Source: a virus
Taxonomy: Duplodnaviria > Heunggongvirae > Uroviricota > Caudoviricetes
DNA length: 64,000 nt
Virus record (IMG/VR): IMGVR_UViG_3300047557_002576
Strand: one strand, 5' to 3'
The notes beneath the pieces are model-generated. The model searched no databases and was not told where the DNA came from. It saw only the letters and a program-made list of their open reading frames with translations. Below, in pieces: positions 1 to 10,544 of this stretch. The position numbers and the translations under genes are program-made. How positions within the stretch are numbered: position 1 is the first letter of the stretch; every line of letters begins with the position of its first letter.

Positions 1-3000
1 CTCTAACAAAAGATGATGTACCGATACCAACAGATAAATTAGGTTTAACTTGTAAATTAATTTTGTCCCCATTAATTAAATCATGATCTTCTTCACAAGT
101 TATTTGTGCAGTTATTCTTTGGACATCTCCAATAATTTTATTATAATTTGACTTTATGTAATATTGATAATCATCGCTTCCATTTGATCTAAAATATAAT
201 CCACTAGATGTGGTTGTTAAACCAATCTGAGTTACTATGCCAATATGATCTACTGATTTTTTAATAATGTATACTGTTTGTTGATCGCTATTATTTGGTA
301 AATCAAAAATTGAACTTGTAGGTGTATTTGATACTGAAATTGATGACGCAGTGCCAGGTTTTACCAAAGTCACTGCCTGATTAGTTTCAAATGGATGATT
401 TGGTAAGTAAATTGATTGTGTTGGAATGGAAATTGTTTTGGATTGAATTCCAATTGTATATACTGCAGAAACACCTATACCAGAAATGGTTCCAACACCA
501 ACAGACTGATTTGGATTAAAGTATACAACATCATCTTCTTTTGAGTCAAAATAGTTAACTTTATTATTAATTTCAATAGAATCTGGAATGAAATATACTG
601 CACTTGTTGCAGTATGTGCAGTTCCACTAGTGTCTCTAGATACTCTAATAATATTTTCATATTTAAAAATATTCAAAATAGAAAATATTTCATTATCAAT
701 TTTAATGCTACTTCCTACAGAAACACTCTCTGGAATTTTTGCAATGTAAATATCAGTTACAATACCTGTAGTGGCATAATTTGGTACGTTTGAAATCAAC
801 GATGATGTATAACTTGTCACACCAATTTTATAAAATCCATTAAGAGTTGATAAACTTGTAGAAAATCCACTTACTTTGACATAATCTGAATCTTGCAGAT
901 TATGTTGAGGAATTATTTTTACCTTTACCTTTTCCCCATTTTTCCAAGTAAATACGGAATCGTTATATGTTAATAAAGAAGTTTGTAGTGATACAATATC
1001 TTTACCTTCAATTTCTGAAACTTCTGCAGATAAACCTTTCCCGTTGGTATCACTTTCATCAATTTGTAAGCGATCTCCCACTTTATAATTAACGCCAGGG
1101 TCAATTATTTCAAATTGATCTATAGAACTATTTGATACCGATTCTACGACTGCAATTTGATTTATAGACTCATTTGATTCTGGAATAAAATCATTATCGG
1201 CATATGGATCACCTACTTTATATGGGAAAGTATTTCTGACTAAACTTGATGAATTAAAATTAAATTCTTGAGTTAAAGTCTTATTTTCAGATATAAATTT
1301 AGATCTGAACGTATTACCGATAAAGTAAGGAAAACTTCCAACCTGCCTATTATTAGCACTAGTTATTGTTGTTGCAAAATATGCATAGATCCCGTTAGGA
1401 AATTCTGGAGTTACACAGAATCTTCCATTGTATTCATCCAGATCTCCAGAGTTATTATACTGATAGTCTTCAATAAAAAATCCAGGAGAAAAATCAGATG
1501 GTCTATTAAAAACTTTACTAGAATCTAATGCATAACCAGATACTAGTTTTTTAATGGCGGAGTTTTTATTTGATGGATTTGAATATCCAAAAGATCCATA
1601 GATTGGATTTCCATCATATGCCCATCCAATTATTGGAGAATGTGTAGATCCGTTGTCATTAAAAATATCTCTAGTTAATTGTGAGTATGAATAAATTGAA
1701 TACTGCAAATTATTTAATGAATCTTTTAGTAGTTCTCCAGTGGATGTAGAACTACCAATATCTGAATAGATTGAATCAATATTAACTCTTAAAGATCTTA
1801 CTTGCGGATCAAAGATTACTTTTTCGCCAGAAGGTTCTACAATTAGTTGTGTATCATTTTGAGAATACCCATTTCCTGGGTTGATAATCTCAACATCAAC
1901 GATTTTGTTATTAACTACTACTGGTTTTAAAATTGCACCAATTCCAGATCCTATAACTTTAATTTCTGGTAGTGAGTAATATTCATCTCCAGGATATTGA
2001 ATTGATACATCATTTATTCTTCCATCAATAACTACAGGTATCAATTGGGCGTATTTCCCATTTTTAACTATAATTGATGGTTTCTTGTGATAATTTAAAA
2101 TATTAGATCCATAGTCCTGCCCATTATCATATACATAAGTGTCAATTATTTGACCTCTTACGATAGGAGTTGCTTTAATTTGTCCCTTAAATTGGGTACT
2201 TCCAATTCCAACATAAGTATATTCTACATTTAAAGATATTTGTGGATAATTAAAAATCTGATATCCAGATCCAGATGTAGTGAAAGTGACATAATCACCT
2301 CTTTGATAATTTGATACGAATGTTCCACCAATTCCTGCATCAGATAATCTAAACGAATTTTCATCAACTTTAATTACATAATATTGCTTTTCAGTACTTA
2401 ATCCACTGATACCTGATGTTTGATAATTATATGTTACTAGTTCTCCACTGTTAAATCCATGATTTGAAAATGTTATAGTATGATTGGACGTTGAAATACC
2501 TGAAGGAAGAACTCTAAGTTTCCGATTTTGATATCCAGATCCTCCATTTATTACTTTTATTTCACGTAGAGTATTTTTTGGTAAAGTAACAAATTTATGA
2601 ACACCTGTAGTTCCAATTGTTGTAAATCCTACAGTGTTAATTCCGGATACATATTCTGAAAATGATTCATAAATTTGAATTGTAGTGTCATTTATGTATT
2701 TTGCATAGTATGTTACTTCATTTTTTAGAGTTTTTCCGGTATCAAAATTATTTCCATTAAAAGTTCCTATTCCGAGTGGTGAAGCATTTCCAGGTCTGTA
2801 AATTATTGCATCGCCATCGATTAATCCGTGTCTAGATTTAAATGTTATGGTCTCATTTGATACATCTACGCCGCCACCATATACTATTTCTCTTGCATCA
2901 AATTCTATTTCTCTCCTTCTTCTCTCAATAATTGGTTGAAATGCAGCTCCACTACCATTTCCGCCGGTAAGAGCAACGGAAACCACAACATTTATATCAA

Positions 3001-5320
3001 AATCTTGAGGAGATACATAAATTTTTTCTACAGATCCATCTACTATTGGTTGTACCTTTGCAGATCCTTCTGAAACAACCAATTCAGGTGGATTGATTAC
3101 ATCATATTTTTTTCCTCCACTTAAAACATTTACAGATTCTAGTGGACCATAGAAAATTTGATTTTCGGATTTGTAATTTGTAATTTCAACACCATTGATC
3201 AGCATTCCAATAGAACCAGGTTCAGTTAAATCGGATTGCCCATCTCCAATATTTGTCGAAATTGGAAATTTTTTAAGTATTTTTTGTGGGGATAATACTT
3301 TTTGCTTTTGACTATTTAAAACAAAATTATGATTTCCGGCAGTTAACGCACCAAATCTTAAGTAATTGTCAGTTCCTATAAGATTTCTAGAGAGATATAG
3401 TTTTACTTGTTGATTATTTGTACCTGGAACTATTTCTACGTAATAAAATCCTTCAGTTAACCCAGAAATTGGAGTTTGTGATGGAGTATAGTATACTTCA
3501 CTTCCAGTTATAAATGAAACTTGTTCTGAAAATGTTATTTTAGAATACAGTTTAGTAATATCATCTTGATCTAAAACACCAGATGCATTATATGAAAAGA
3601 TTGATTTAGAAATTTGATAAGATGGTAGCGAATTTGATGCGACATACATGCTTTCATCGCTATCATTGTATACATTTTGAACGTCTGCAAATAAATCATT
3701 ATATTCTAAAGAATATTTTGTTGATGATATTGAAGATGTTTTAATTTTTCTTCTTACATCATAATCAAATGCAACATTTGGAGTGAAACTCGTGTTTATT
3801 GTAATTTGATTATTTGTAGTATTAATAGAATTTATTAATACGTTTGAGGCAACTACAGTCTGAGACCCTCTAGATAGAATATCAATTCTATCTCCCACTT
3901 TTAAACTAGATTTGTCTATATCACTTTTTAGAATAAATTGTGTTTGAGAAACAAACCTATCAATTTGGTATCTTGAACTGGTATTATAAATCCAACTATT
4001 TGCAAAAATTTCTTTCTTTGATGGATTTACATCTTTATTTTTTATTAATTCGCCAACATTCTTTACGGTTATTTTTTCACCAACATCTATGTTAGAATCA
4101 CTGTTGAGTAAATTTAATCCAGTTAGTACACCAGTTAATCTGAATTCTACCTTTTTAGAAAGATCTCCATTTTCGTAACCGTAGTAAGTATCTGAAGATC
4201 TAATTACTGATGCTACTGGAATCTGTTCAACTATTCCTGAGCATCCAAAAAATTGATTGATACTCTTACTGGTATATTCAATTACGTTGTTGCCGCAGTA
4301 TATTTTTCCGGAAGGTGGAAATCCAATTGTAGAATCTACAATTATTGTAGAACTACCTACACTTACTGTGTTTAAATTTTTAGTGCTTCCTGTAATCTCA
4401 AATGTTCCAGTTATGGTTGGAAATGCATCATCATATCCAACGAATAAAAGGAACTTATAATAAGTTTTTCCTTTTCTTGTGATTACTTCAACTTCAGAAA
4501 CTGAAGCAGTTGTTTTTTCATCAGTGCTCTTTACAATAGTTTGACCAATTAAGTTGAAAGGATTTCCTGAAATTAGATCTCCAATTACAACAACTCTTCT
4601 TGAATATGTTGCTGAGGAAGGTTTAATTAGAAACTGCTCTAAATCTACAACTTTTGGAGTCTCACCGAACAAAATATTGAAGAGAATCCTAAAAGATTCA
4701 TTTGTACCCTTAGACTCATAAAAGGTTCTTGCTTCTTTTACAAAATTACCTACGTTTAAATTCGAAGTAAAATTTAAATTTTCAAATCCTGGAGTTAAAG
4801 AATACTTAAGTTTTTTATAAAACTCTTGTAAAAACAGTACACTAAGATTTTGAATCTTTGAATTTTCAGAGTGACTGCTTGCACTTGATTCTGAAAAAAC
4901 TAATTCTTCTGAGTTTAAAGTTTGGTGATAATCAGTTACACCAGAAAATCCACGAATACAACCAGTAAATGTATTTGTTGTTATTCCGGTGTATGTAATA
5001 ATCTCATCATCAATTTTTAATAATCCATATTTTTTAGGAAATCCTTTAGTACTTGATACTACTATTTCCGTTGATGTACTTGATATATTTGAAGAAAGAG
5101 ACGTAAATCCTACAATAACTTCTGGTGTTAAGTTATCTAACTTGAGATATTGATCTAAATTATCAACTATATCAATTGTACCACCTTGAAATTCTTGGGA
5201 AATATAATATTGCCGCAAGAATTCCGATAATTTTGGACTTTCATCTAAAATAAATTCCGGGAGTTGATTTTCAATTATATCTTGTACTTTTATCCTAGAT
5301 TCAAAACCAGTCTGTATCAT
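1..5320 (-). CDS. giant virion structural protein, partial (more than 1770 aa; runs off the left edge); baseplate/tail-fibre-like (gp7-like position)
   Basis: ATG at 5318-5320 is preceded by AAAGAGG and overlaps the TAA of the upstream gene (TAATATG). The frame stays open to position 1; it is absent from the ORF track only because it has no stop in the window. S/T/N/G-rich repetitive structural composition. Confidence 0.6.
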   Translation of the reverse strand, partial: MIQTGFESRIKVQDIIENQLPEFILDESPKLSEFLRQYYISQEFQGGTIDIVDNLDQYLKLDNLTPEVIVGFTSLSSNISSTSTEIVVSSTKGFPKKYGLLKIDDEIITYTGITTNTFTGCIRGFSGVTDYHQTLNSEELVFSESSASSHSENSKIQNLSVLFLQEFYKKLKYSLTPGFENLNFTSNLNVGNFVKEARTFYESKGTNESFRILFNILFGETPKVVDLEQFLIKPSSATYSRRVVVIGDLISGNPFNLIGQTIVKSTDEKTTASVSEVEVITRKGKTYYKFLLFVGYDDAFPTITGTFEITGSTKNLNTVSVGSSTIIVDSTIGFPPSGKIYCGNNVIEYTSKSINQFFGCSGIVEQIPVASVIRSSDTYYGYENGDLSKKVEFRLTGVLTGLNLLNSDSNIDVGEKITVKNVGELIKNKDVNPSKKEIFANSWIYNTSSRYQIDRFVSQTQFILKSDIDKSSLKVGDRIDILSRGSQTVVASNVLINSINTTNNQITINTSFTPNVAFDYDVRRKIKTSSISSTKYSLEYNDLFADVQNVYNDSDESMYVASNSLPSYQISKSIFSYNASGVLDQDDITKLYSKITFSEQVSFITGSEVYYTPSQTPISGLTEGFYYVEIVPGTNNQQVKLYLSRNLIGTDNYLRFGALTAGNHNFVLNSQKQKVLSPQKILKKFPISTNIGDGQSDLTEPGSIGMLINGVEITNYKSENQIFYGPLESVNVLSGGKKYDVINPPELVVSEGSAKVQPIVDGSVEKIYVSPQDFDINVVVSVALTGGNGSGAAFQPIIERRRREIEFDAREIVYGGGVDVSNETITFKSRHGLIDGDAIIYRPGNASPLGIGTFNGNNFDTGKTLKNEVTYYAKYINDTTIQIYESFSEYVSGINTVGFTTIGTTGVHKFVTLPKNTLREIKVINGGSGYQNRKLRVLPSGISTSNHTITFSNHGFNSGELVTYNYQTSGISGLSTEKQYYVIKVDENSFRLSDAGIGGTFVSNYQRGDYVTFTTSGSGYQIFNYPQISLNVEYTYVGIGSTQFKGQIKATPIVRGQIIDTYVYDNGQDYGSNILNYHKKPSIIVKNGKYAQLIPVVIDGRINDVSIQYPGDEYYSLPEIKVIGSGIGAILKPVVVNNKIVDVEIINPGNGYSQNDTQLIVEPSGEKVIFDPQVRSLRVNIDSIYSDIGSSTSTGELLKDSLNNLQYSIYSYSQLTRDIFNDNGSTHSPIIGWAYDGNPIYGSFGYSNPSNKNSAIKKLVSGYALDSSKVFNRPSDFSPGFFIEDYQYNNSGDLDEYNGRFCVTPEFPNGIYAYFATTITSANNRQVGSFPYFIGNTFRSKFISENKTLTQEFNFNSSSLVRNTFPYKVGDPYADNDFIPESNESINQIAVVESVSNSSIDQFEIIDPGVNYKVGDRLQIDESDTNGKGLSAEVSEIEGKDIVSLQTSLLTYNDSVFTWKNGEKVKVKIIPQHNLQDSDYVKVSGFSTSLSTLNGFYKIGVTSYTSSLISNVPNYATTGIVTDIYIAKIPESVSVGSSIKIDNEIFSILNIFKYENIIRVSRDTSGTAHTATSAVYFIPDSIEINNKVNYFDSKEDDVVYFNPNQSVGVGTISGIGVSAVYTIGIQSKTISIPTQSIYLPNHPFETNQAVTLVKPGTASSISVSNTPTSSIFDLPNNSDQQTVYIIKKSVDHIGIVTQIGLTTTSSGLYFRSNGSDDYQYYIKSNYNKIIGDVQRITAQITCEEDHDLINGDKINLQVKPNLSVGIGTSSFVR

Positions 5321-5321
5321 A

Positions 5322-7259
5322 TTACGACCTCTTTAGTTCTCCGTTGGAATAACTTGATCTATAATAATCATTACTAGAGAATAAGACACCCGATGTGTCG
5401 TCACCAGAAGCGATTACGTCTTTAATCATATTTATTGTGCTTTTTGAAACATCAAATGCCAAATAAAGGCCTTTTAACCCAATAATATCATTCGATTCTG
5501 GGAATGCTTGTATTTCAATAATATCTTGATCAAGAGATGTTGAAGTAATATTTAAGGTTCCTAATAATATTTCTCCAGTTTCATAATTAACTGTACCGAC
5601 AGATTTAACAACTATTGGAGTTTTTAAAGATACAGTTGAACCAGAACCAACAGCAACAGGTGAATCTTTTACAATTGAAATCACTCCAGTTCCTTTCAAA
5701 GATCCATCTGAATTTTTTTCTGGAGTATCAGTAAGATACACGGTTTCACTTTCTCCAAGAATTTTGAATCCAGTAGATTTTATATTTTTACCCAATGGAT
5801 TTATGTGAAATTTATTTCCAAAACAAATTTCATACTGTGATGGGAAATTAATTAATGCTTTTAAATCTCTTCTAATTCTTACTTTTGTGATATTAGAAGT
5901 AATTGCAGAATCAGTTTTATCTATAACCTGGAGAACTTTACTGTATTTAAATCTTCCACCAAAAGAATTAAGGTCCGTAGAATTTGAATATGAGTTTAAA
6001 GAATTTATAACTCTGGTCTTTAAGTCATCTAAGGTATCAACTTGAGAATAATTATAATAGATTGAAGAATCTATTTCTACGTAAAGAATATTTAAATCAC
6101 TGATTTCAACATTAACACCAGCAACAGAATACTGCTTTAGTTTATTCTTAATTTGTTCTTTATTAAAATCAGAAACAAATGTCCCATTTTTTGGTTTTAT
6201 ACTAATTAAAACCTTACCAAATTGAGGAGGATTTAATTCTTCTCCTCCTACAACAGAAACTGATTCTGCTTCAGGATAAATTTTTGACTTTATGATAGTT
6301 TCATAATCCCTTGTGGTTACTGCCCTATACTGCGAGGAATAGAGTCTTGGGGCATAGTTTTTGATTGAGTCAATAGACTCTATATCAGACCCACTCTGAG
6401 ATGATTGTAAGGTGCTTACTGATATGTTATTTGTAACGACGATTCTATCTCTTTCATCTCTAAATGTGCCAGCAAAAGAAAATGAATTCACATCATTACC
6501 CTCTGTTCCTGAAGTAATGATATAGGTAACAGTTATAATTGAATTATTATCTAATTTTTTGCCAAATATTCCATCTCCGAAGAGAATTTCATACTTCTCA
6601 TCCTTGACTTCTTGAATTAAAAAGATCTCAGAGTCCTTATTTACCTGAAAAATATTGTCTACTAATTTAAATTGCCTGCCTATTCCGGTATCGCCAACAC
6701 CTTTTACATAAACTCTAATTGTTGAGGTGTCTATAAATGAATTATCTAATATAAATCTTTGATCTAATGATCCATCAACGGTAAATTGTTTTCTTAAGAA
6801 AGTTCCTTCTGTAATCTTAAGATTATTAAATTGTGCTATATTGTTCTGTACAGTTGCTGTTACATCTTCTGGGATAGAAAATACATAAGATGTCCCTGCA
6901 ACAGATCCAGTACAGACTAGTCCTGCTTGTAAAGTAAGAGTTTTTGTAGTAACACTTACTTGTGGAGAAAATGAAACGATCGCAGTTGCTGCAGTTCTTG
7001 ACTTTGGAACATATCCAATATTTCTAGCCAAAGATACAACATTTTCTCTGACAGTTGCCGAATCCAAAAAGGATTCGTTTACAATCATATTCGCATTAAA
7101 TGCCGTTATATACGTATTATACGCTAAGGTATCAATTAAAATAGAAAAGTTTGATCCTTCAAAATCAAAATCAGTGAAATTTGAATTTGCACGAAGATAA
7201 TCTTTAATAGATGTCTTTATCTGATCAAAATCTAAATTAGAAAACTTGGTGAAAGGCAT
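5322..7259 (-). CDS. baseplate wedge protein, gp6-like
   Basis: 645 aa, immediately downstream of gp25. The N-terminus (NFSILIDTLAYNTYITAFNANM) resembles the gp6 family as recalled from memory. Confidence 0.5.
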   Translation of the reverse strand: MPFTKFSNLDFDQIKTSIKDYLRANSNFTDFDFEGSNFSILIDTLAYNTYITAFNANMIVNESFLDSATVRENVVSLARNIGYVPKSRTAATAIVSFSPQVSVTTKTLTLQAGLVCTGSVAGTSYVFSIPEDVTATVQNNIAQFNNLKITEGTFLRKQFTVDGSLDQRFILDNSFIDTSTIRVYVKGVGDTGIGRQFKLVDNIFQVNKDSEIFLIQEVKDEKYEILFGDGIFGKKLDNNSIITVTYIITSGTEGNDVNSFSFAGTFRDERDRIVVTNNISVSTLQSSQSGSDIESIDSIKNYAPRLYSSQYRAVTTRDYETIIKSKIYPEAESVSVVGGEELNPPQFGKVLISIKPKNGTFVSDFNKEQIKNKLKQYSVAGVNVEISDLNILYVEIDSSIYYNYSQVDTLDDLKTRVINSLNSYSNSTDLNSFGGRFKYSKVLQVIDKTDSAITSNITKVRIRRDLKALINFPSQYEICFGNKFHINPLGKNIKSTGFKILGESETVYLTDTPEKNSDGSLKGTGVISIVKDSPVAVGSGSTVSLKTPIVVKSVGTVNYETGEILLGTLNITSTSLDQDIIEIQAFPESNDIIGLKGLYLAFDVSKSTINMIKDVIASGDDTSGVLFSSNDYYRSSYSNGELKRS

Positions 7260-7260
7260 T

Positions 7261-7662
7261 TTATCTCGTTGCCTCTAGTATGAATGTAAACTGTTGTGTT
7301 GGTATTTCTTGTCCAATAATATCAAATGTAATAGTCACTTCAAATTCATTTAAATCTGGTTTTGGATCTACTTGGACAACGACATTATTTACTCTTGGTT
7401 CATAGTTAGAAATAACCTCAGCAATTTGATCTCTAATTACTGAGGCAGTTCCATAATCTACAAAATCAAATAAAACTTTTCTTACATTAGACCCTAATGT
7501 AGAATTAAAAAATCTTTCAGTGGGTATTGTTTCAACTAAATTACGAATTGATCGAATAATAGATCTTTCATTGGTAAGGATTGGTAGGTCTTTTGACACT
7601 GGATGTGGTGTAAAAGACAAACTAATGTCTTTGAAAGATCTAGATATTCGAGTAATTGCCAT
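7261..7662 (-). CDS. baseplate wedge subunit gp25 (GPW/gp25 lysozyme-like family)
   Basis: 133 aa, the size of T4 gp25. The VISNYEPRV motif matches T4 gp25 NYEPRI. Confidence 0.8.
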   Translation of the reverse strand: MAITRISRSFKDISLSFTPHPVSKDLPILTNERSIIRSIRNLVETIPTERFFNSTLGSNVRKVLFDFVDYGTASVIRDQIAEVISNYEPRVNNVVVQVDPKPDLNEFEVTITFDIIGQEIPTQQFTFILEATR

Positions 7663-7693
7663 TTTAAAGCAAATTTTCTTTACTTATTTATGT

Positions 7694-7936
7694 TTATTTC
7701 CATGAAGATCCATAACTTGGTTCAGTTCCATACTCCCAATCGTCATAATCTTCATCATTTCTAATTTTTTCGTGCAATTCAACCTGCTTTTTTAGATCAT
7801 GTTTAGGTGCAGTATCATATAAAACTTCTTGAATCACTCTTTTTGTGGGATATTCAGTATAGTCCGTGACTAATTTTGTTGTTCCCCACGTTTCTTTCAT
7901 GTAATTTGAGTCTCTATCTACTGGTAAATTAGACAT
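7694..7936 (-). CDS. hypothetical protein
   Basis: 80-aa ORF, tight spacing in the minus-strand gene array. Confidence 0.45.
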   Translation of the reverse strand: MSNLPVDRDSNYMKETWGTTKLVTDYTEYPTKRVIQEVLYDTAPKHDLKKQVELHEKIRNDEDYDDWEYGTEPSYGSSWK

Positions 7937-8003
7937 TTTAGCTCCTGTTTTAATGAATAAAACAGAACTTTTATGAAGGAGGTTGCTATCTCCTTATTTC
8001 TAT

Positions 8004-8345
8004 TTAACGATCTAATTCACGCAGTTTATAATTGTCAGAATTTAGGTATTTTAGAATCTCTATTGCGATTATTTTTGGATTTCCTTCCCCACAAGTGTAT
8101 ACATCTATCGCCAAACAACCATTTTCTGGCCAGGTATGGCATGAAACATGACTTTCCGATAGTGCAATAACGATTGTACACCCCTGTGGATCGAATTTAT
8201 GACTAAAAACGTTCAAAATTGTCATTTTGGCACGTTCAATCCCCCTAATCATGACGTTCTGTAGAGATTCTACGTCATTAATTAGATTAAAATCAACATT
8301 ATAAACCTCCAGAAGAAGGTGTTTGCCCATCGAAAACTGCTCCAA
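8004..8345 (-). CDS. speD: S-adenosylmethionine decarboxylase proenzyme (pyruvoyl-dependent, class 1a)
   Basis: The LSESHVSCHTWPENGCLAIDVYTCG motif is the Glu-Ser self-cleavage and pyruvoyl site of bacterial/archaeal AdoMetDC. 113 aa is typical. speD is a known cyanophage auxiliary metabolic gene. Confidence 0.85.
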   Translation of the reverse strand: MEQFSMGKHLLLEVYNVDFNLINDVESLQNVMIRGIERAKMTILNVFSHKFDPQGCTIVIALSESHVSCHTWPENGCLAIDVYTCGEGNPKIIAIEILKYLNSDNYKLRELDR

Positions 8346-8368
8346 TTTTATTTTTGCAAAAAATTTAT

Positions 8369-8959
8369 TTATTGTATGTAAAAACCCTTACGAAGATAGT
8401 CTTTATCTTCTATAAATGTCATATTTTCGACCTTTTCATCATCCCAGACAGGTATTGCCACTGAATTATTGTATCTAAAGTCAGGATTTTGTCTGAAATG
8501 AACTTCAATAAGGTTTCCATTAATAAATTCACAGTTAATGTACTCATATTCCCCCTTTAAATCGTGTAAAATTTCAGGAAATTCTACATTTTTTTCAATT
8601 TTTTCCCATTTTTTCCATTTGTAATAGGGATCATCTACATTTCGGGTTCCTCTTACGACTAATTCTGGAGTTTTTTCTCTAAAATCAACACTTAGGTGCT
8701 CTCCTTCAAAAATCTCACACCAAAATTCAGAAGGATGCATGTGATCTGTATATTTTTCTATCCATTCTTTACGAGAGAAACGACCCATGCCAAGCAGATT
8801 AAATGATGGACGGACAATATAAAAGTCGGGTTTGGGAACTGTAGTGCCAACAGGACCACAAGTATAACCCAAAACCCGACTTAAAAATAGTTTATTATAA
8901 ACCCAGAGGTCTGATGGATGTATATTTAACCACTCATCATTACCCTCTAGGTGATACAT
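8369..8959 (-). CDS. hypothetical protein, tentatively an ATP-grasp-like fold
   Basis: 196 aa. DFYIVRPSFNLLGMG and NGNLIEVHFRQNP resemble ATP-grasp K-x-KP-GxG and LEVN motifs; weak, from memory only. Confidence 0.45.
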   Translation of the reverse strand: MYHLEGNDEWLNIHPSDLWVYNKLFLSRVLGYTCGPVGTTVPKPDFYIVRPSFNLLGMGRFSRKEWIEKYTDHMHPSEFWCEIFEGEHLSVDFREKTPELVVRGTRNVDDPYYKWKKWEKIEKNVEFPEILHDLKGEYEYINCEFINGNLIEVHFRQNPDFRYNNSVAIPVWDDEKVENMTFIEDKDYLRKGFYIQ

Positions 8960-9111
8960 TACCCTTTACCCTGTCCCCTGTACTTTTTACGAGCTTTATT
9001 ACGAGAAGTAGCGGAATACTTAGTGTTACTTCCAGCACCTTGAAGAGTGCTCTTAGGACGCCCAGGAACATAAGACCCAGTTCGCTTTGATCCAGTTGAT
9101 GATTTTGCCAT
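8959..9111 (-). CDS. small basic protein (50 aa, K/R/S/G-rich)
   Basis: ATG at 9109-9111. Its stop overlaps the ATG of the 8369..8959 gene (TAATG coupling). Sequence MAKSSTGSKRTGSYVPGRPK... Confidence 0.4.
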   Translation of the reverse strand: MAKSSTGSKRTGSYVPGRPKSTLQGAGSNTKYSATSRNKARKKYRGQGKG

Positions 9112-9116
9112 AGTGT

Positions 9117-9278
9117 TTAGTCTCCAATAATTTCAGTTTCAAGATCTTCAGGTTTTGGAGAACCTGTCTTATAAAATTCTATAGACAGATCCTCCATAAC
9201 ATTGAAATATTCCTCCTCTGTAAGATTTGAATAAATTTTTCTTCCCCTACAGAGGATGTTGTAAGTTTCTTTCGACAT
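9117..9278 (-). CDS. small hypothetical protein (53 aa)
   Basis: ORF MSKETYNILCRGRK... fills the gap between the glycosyltransferase stop and the 8959..9111 gene. Confidence 0.3.
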   Translation of the reverse strand: MSKETYNILCRGRKIYSNLTEEEYFNVMEDLSIEFYKTGSPKPEDLETEIIGD

Positions 9279-9282
9279 TTAC

Positions 9283-10038
9283 TCAGATGATTCTTGATTT
9301 TTCGTGACCAACTCTAATACGAGGGTCACACCAAATTTCAAATCCTGCTTCTTTTGCATCTAGACAGAATGATACATCTTCTCCACACATATCTTGAACT
9401 GCACCAGATTCAAAAACTTGCATCTTTGGAGCAAACCAAGGATATTTCATTTCAGGATGTTCAAAAACTCCATGCTTGATGAGAACCCAACCAAACCCAG
9501 TGTAGTCTACTGTAAATGGTTTCCGACGCTTTGAGATACTTTCAACGGTTTCGTGATTCATAACACCACCATTGCCACGGAAATCCTCTTCGTCCAACCA
9601 ATGTGCAACTGAGGTCGTGTGACCATCTTCAGTAGCGTACCAACCAGCAGCGATATCTTTATCCATCAGAACCAGTTGCCAGAATTTTTCTGTGTTGAAG
9701 ACAATATCACTATCAATCCAAAGTTGCCAATCGTATTGTAGTCTTCCATCCCAGGGAATTTGATCAGGTCCACGCAGGACATTCGCACCTAAACATTTGC
9801 ATCTTGCAAAATTTACCATTGACGAATAATCTTGCGAAATCTGAATACTCGCCCCTGACTGGACAAGATCAAAGCAAAGTTGGACGAAGTTCTTCAGATA
9901 AAGGTATGAAACTCCCCTTCCAGGAAGACAGAAAACAATTGATTTTCCCTTTACCATTTCTCTTGCAGCATCATAGTCCCACTCTTGGGTTTTTTCCACT
10001 GCAGGTGTTTTTGTTTTAACAGTAAATCCTTTAGCCAT
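9283..10038 (-). CDS. glycosyltransferase (GT-A fold, family uncertain)
   Basis: 251 aa. The C-terminal GEDVSFCLDAKEAGFEIWCDP...VGHEK resembles an ED/DxxFCxxA GT-A signature. Confidence 0.45.
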   Translation of the reverse strand: MAKGFTVKTKTPAVEKTQEWDYDAAREMVKGKSIVFCLPGRGVSYLYLKNFVQLCFDLVQSGASIQISQDYSSMVNFARCKCLGANVLRGPDQIPWDGRLQYDWQLWIDSDIVFNTEKFWQLVLMDKDIAAGWYATEDGHTTSVAHWLDEEDFRGNGGVMNHETVESISKRRKPFTVDYTGFGWVLIKHGVFEHPEMKYPWFAPKMQVFESGAVQDMCGEDVSFCLDAKEAGFEIWCDPRIRVGHEKSRII

Positions 10039-10090
10039 AATTGTTTGTAATTACTTCAGTATCATACTCTATTATCTATGCCAAGTCAAG

Positions 10091-10267
10091 TCAGTCAATT
10101 TCTTTTTCTGTCAAGATTAGATCGGATCCTTCGACATTAATTTCAATCTCAGTATCTTCATACCATGAGAGTTCATTGACCGCCCACTCTGGGATTACGA
10201 GATAATACTCACCAGAAATTGGATCGACTTGTAGTGGTTGAAAATTTTCTCCGGATTTTTTTTTCAT
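10091..10267 (-). CDS. small AbrB/MazE-like (swapped-hairpin) domain protein, 58 aa
   Basis: YYLVIPEWAVNELSWYEDTEIEINVEGSDLILTEKE fits the AbrB/SpoVT pattern (xxVxIP...G.eiei...lil). Shorter than the 60-aa track cut-off. Confidence 0.35.
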   Translation of the reverse strand: MKKKSGENFQPLQVDPISGEYYLVIPEWAVNELSWYEDTEIEINVEGSDLILTEKEID

Positions 10268-10544
10268 CTCTGTGTATTATTTTTGATTTTTCAAATTATA
10301 TAGTTTTTTTCCTTTTTGATCAAGGTCTACCGGCCGGAATTTTTTGAGTCGAGTGATATTTAGAGGTCGATCTGGGTCAGTTATAGATTACGGGGACCCA
10401 TTGATTTTTATATCGCATCTTCGGGCACCGCCACCCCCCATAGGGTAACTGTCAAACACGAACGCACATAGGGTCGCTAAATGTATCAAACTGTCGCCCA
10501 CTAACTTACAAATAGGGGGACAGAATGACTGCCCCCCACTAATA

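Noticed and set aside
7520-7705. Plus-strand 61-aa ORF across the gp25 start
   Set aside because: It is antisense to gp25 and AT-rich chance.
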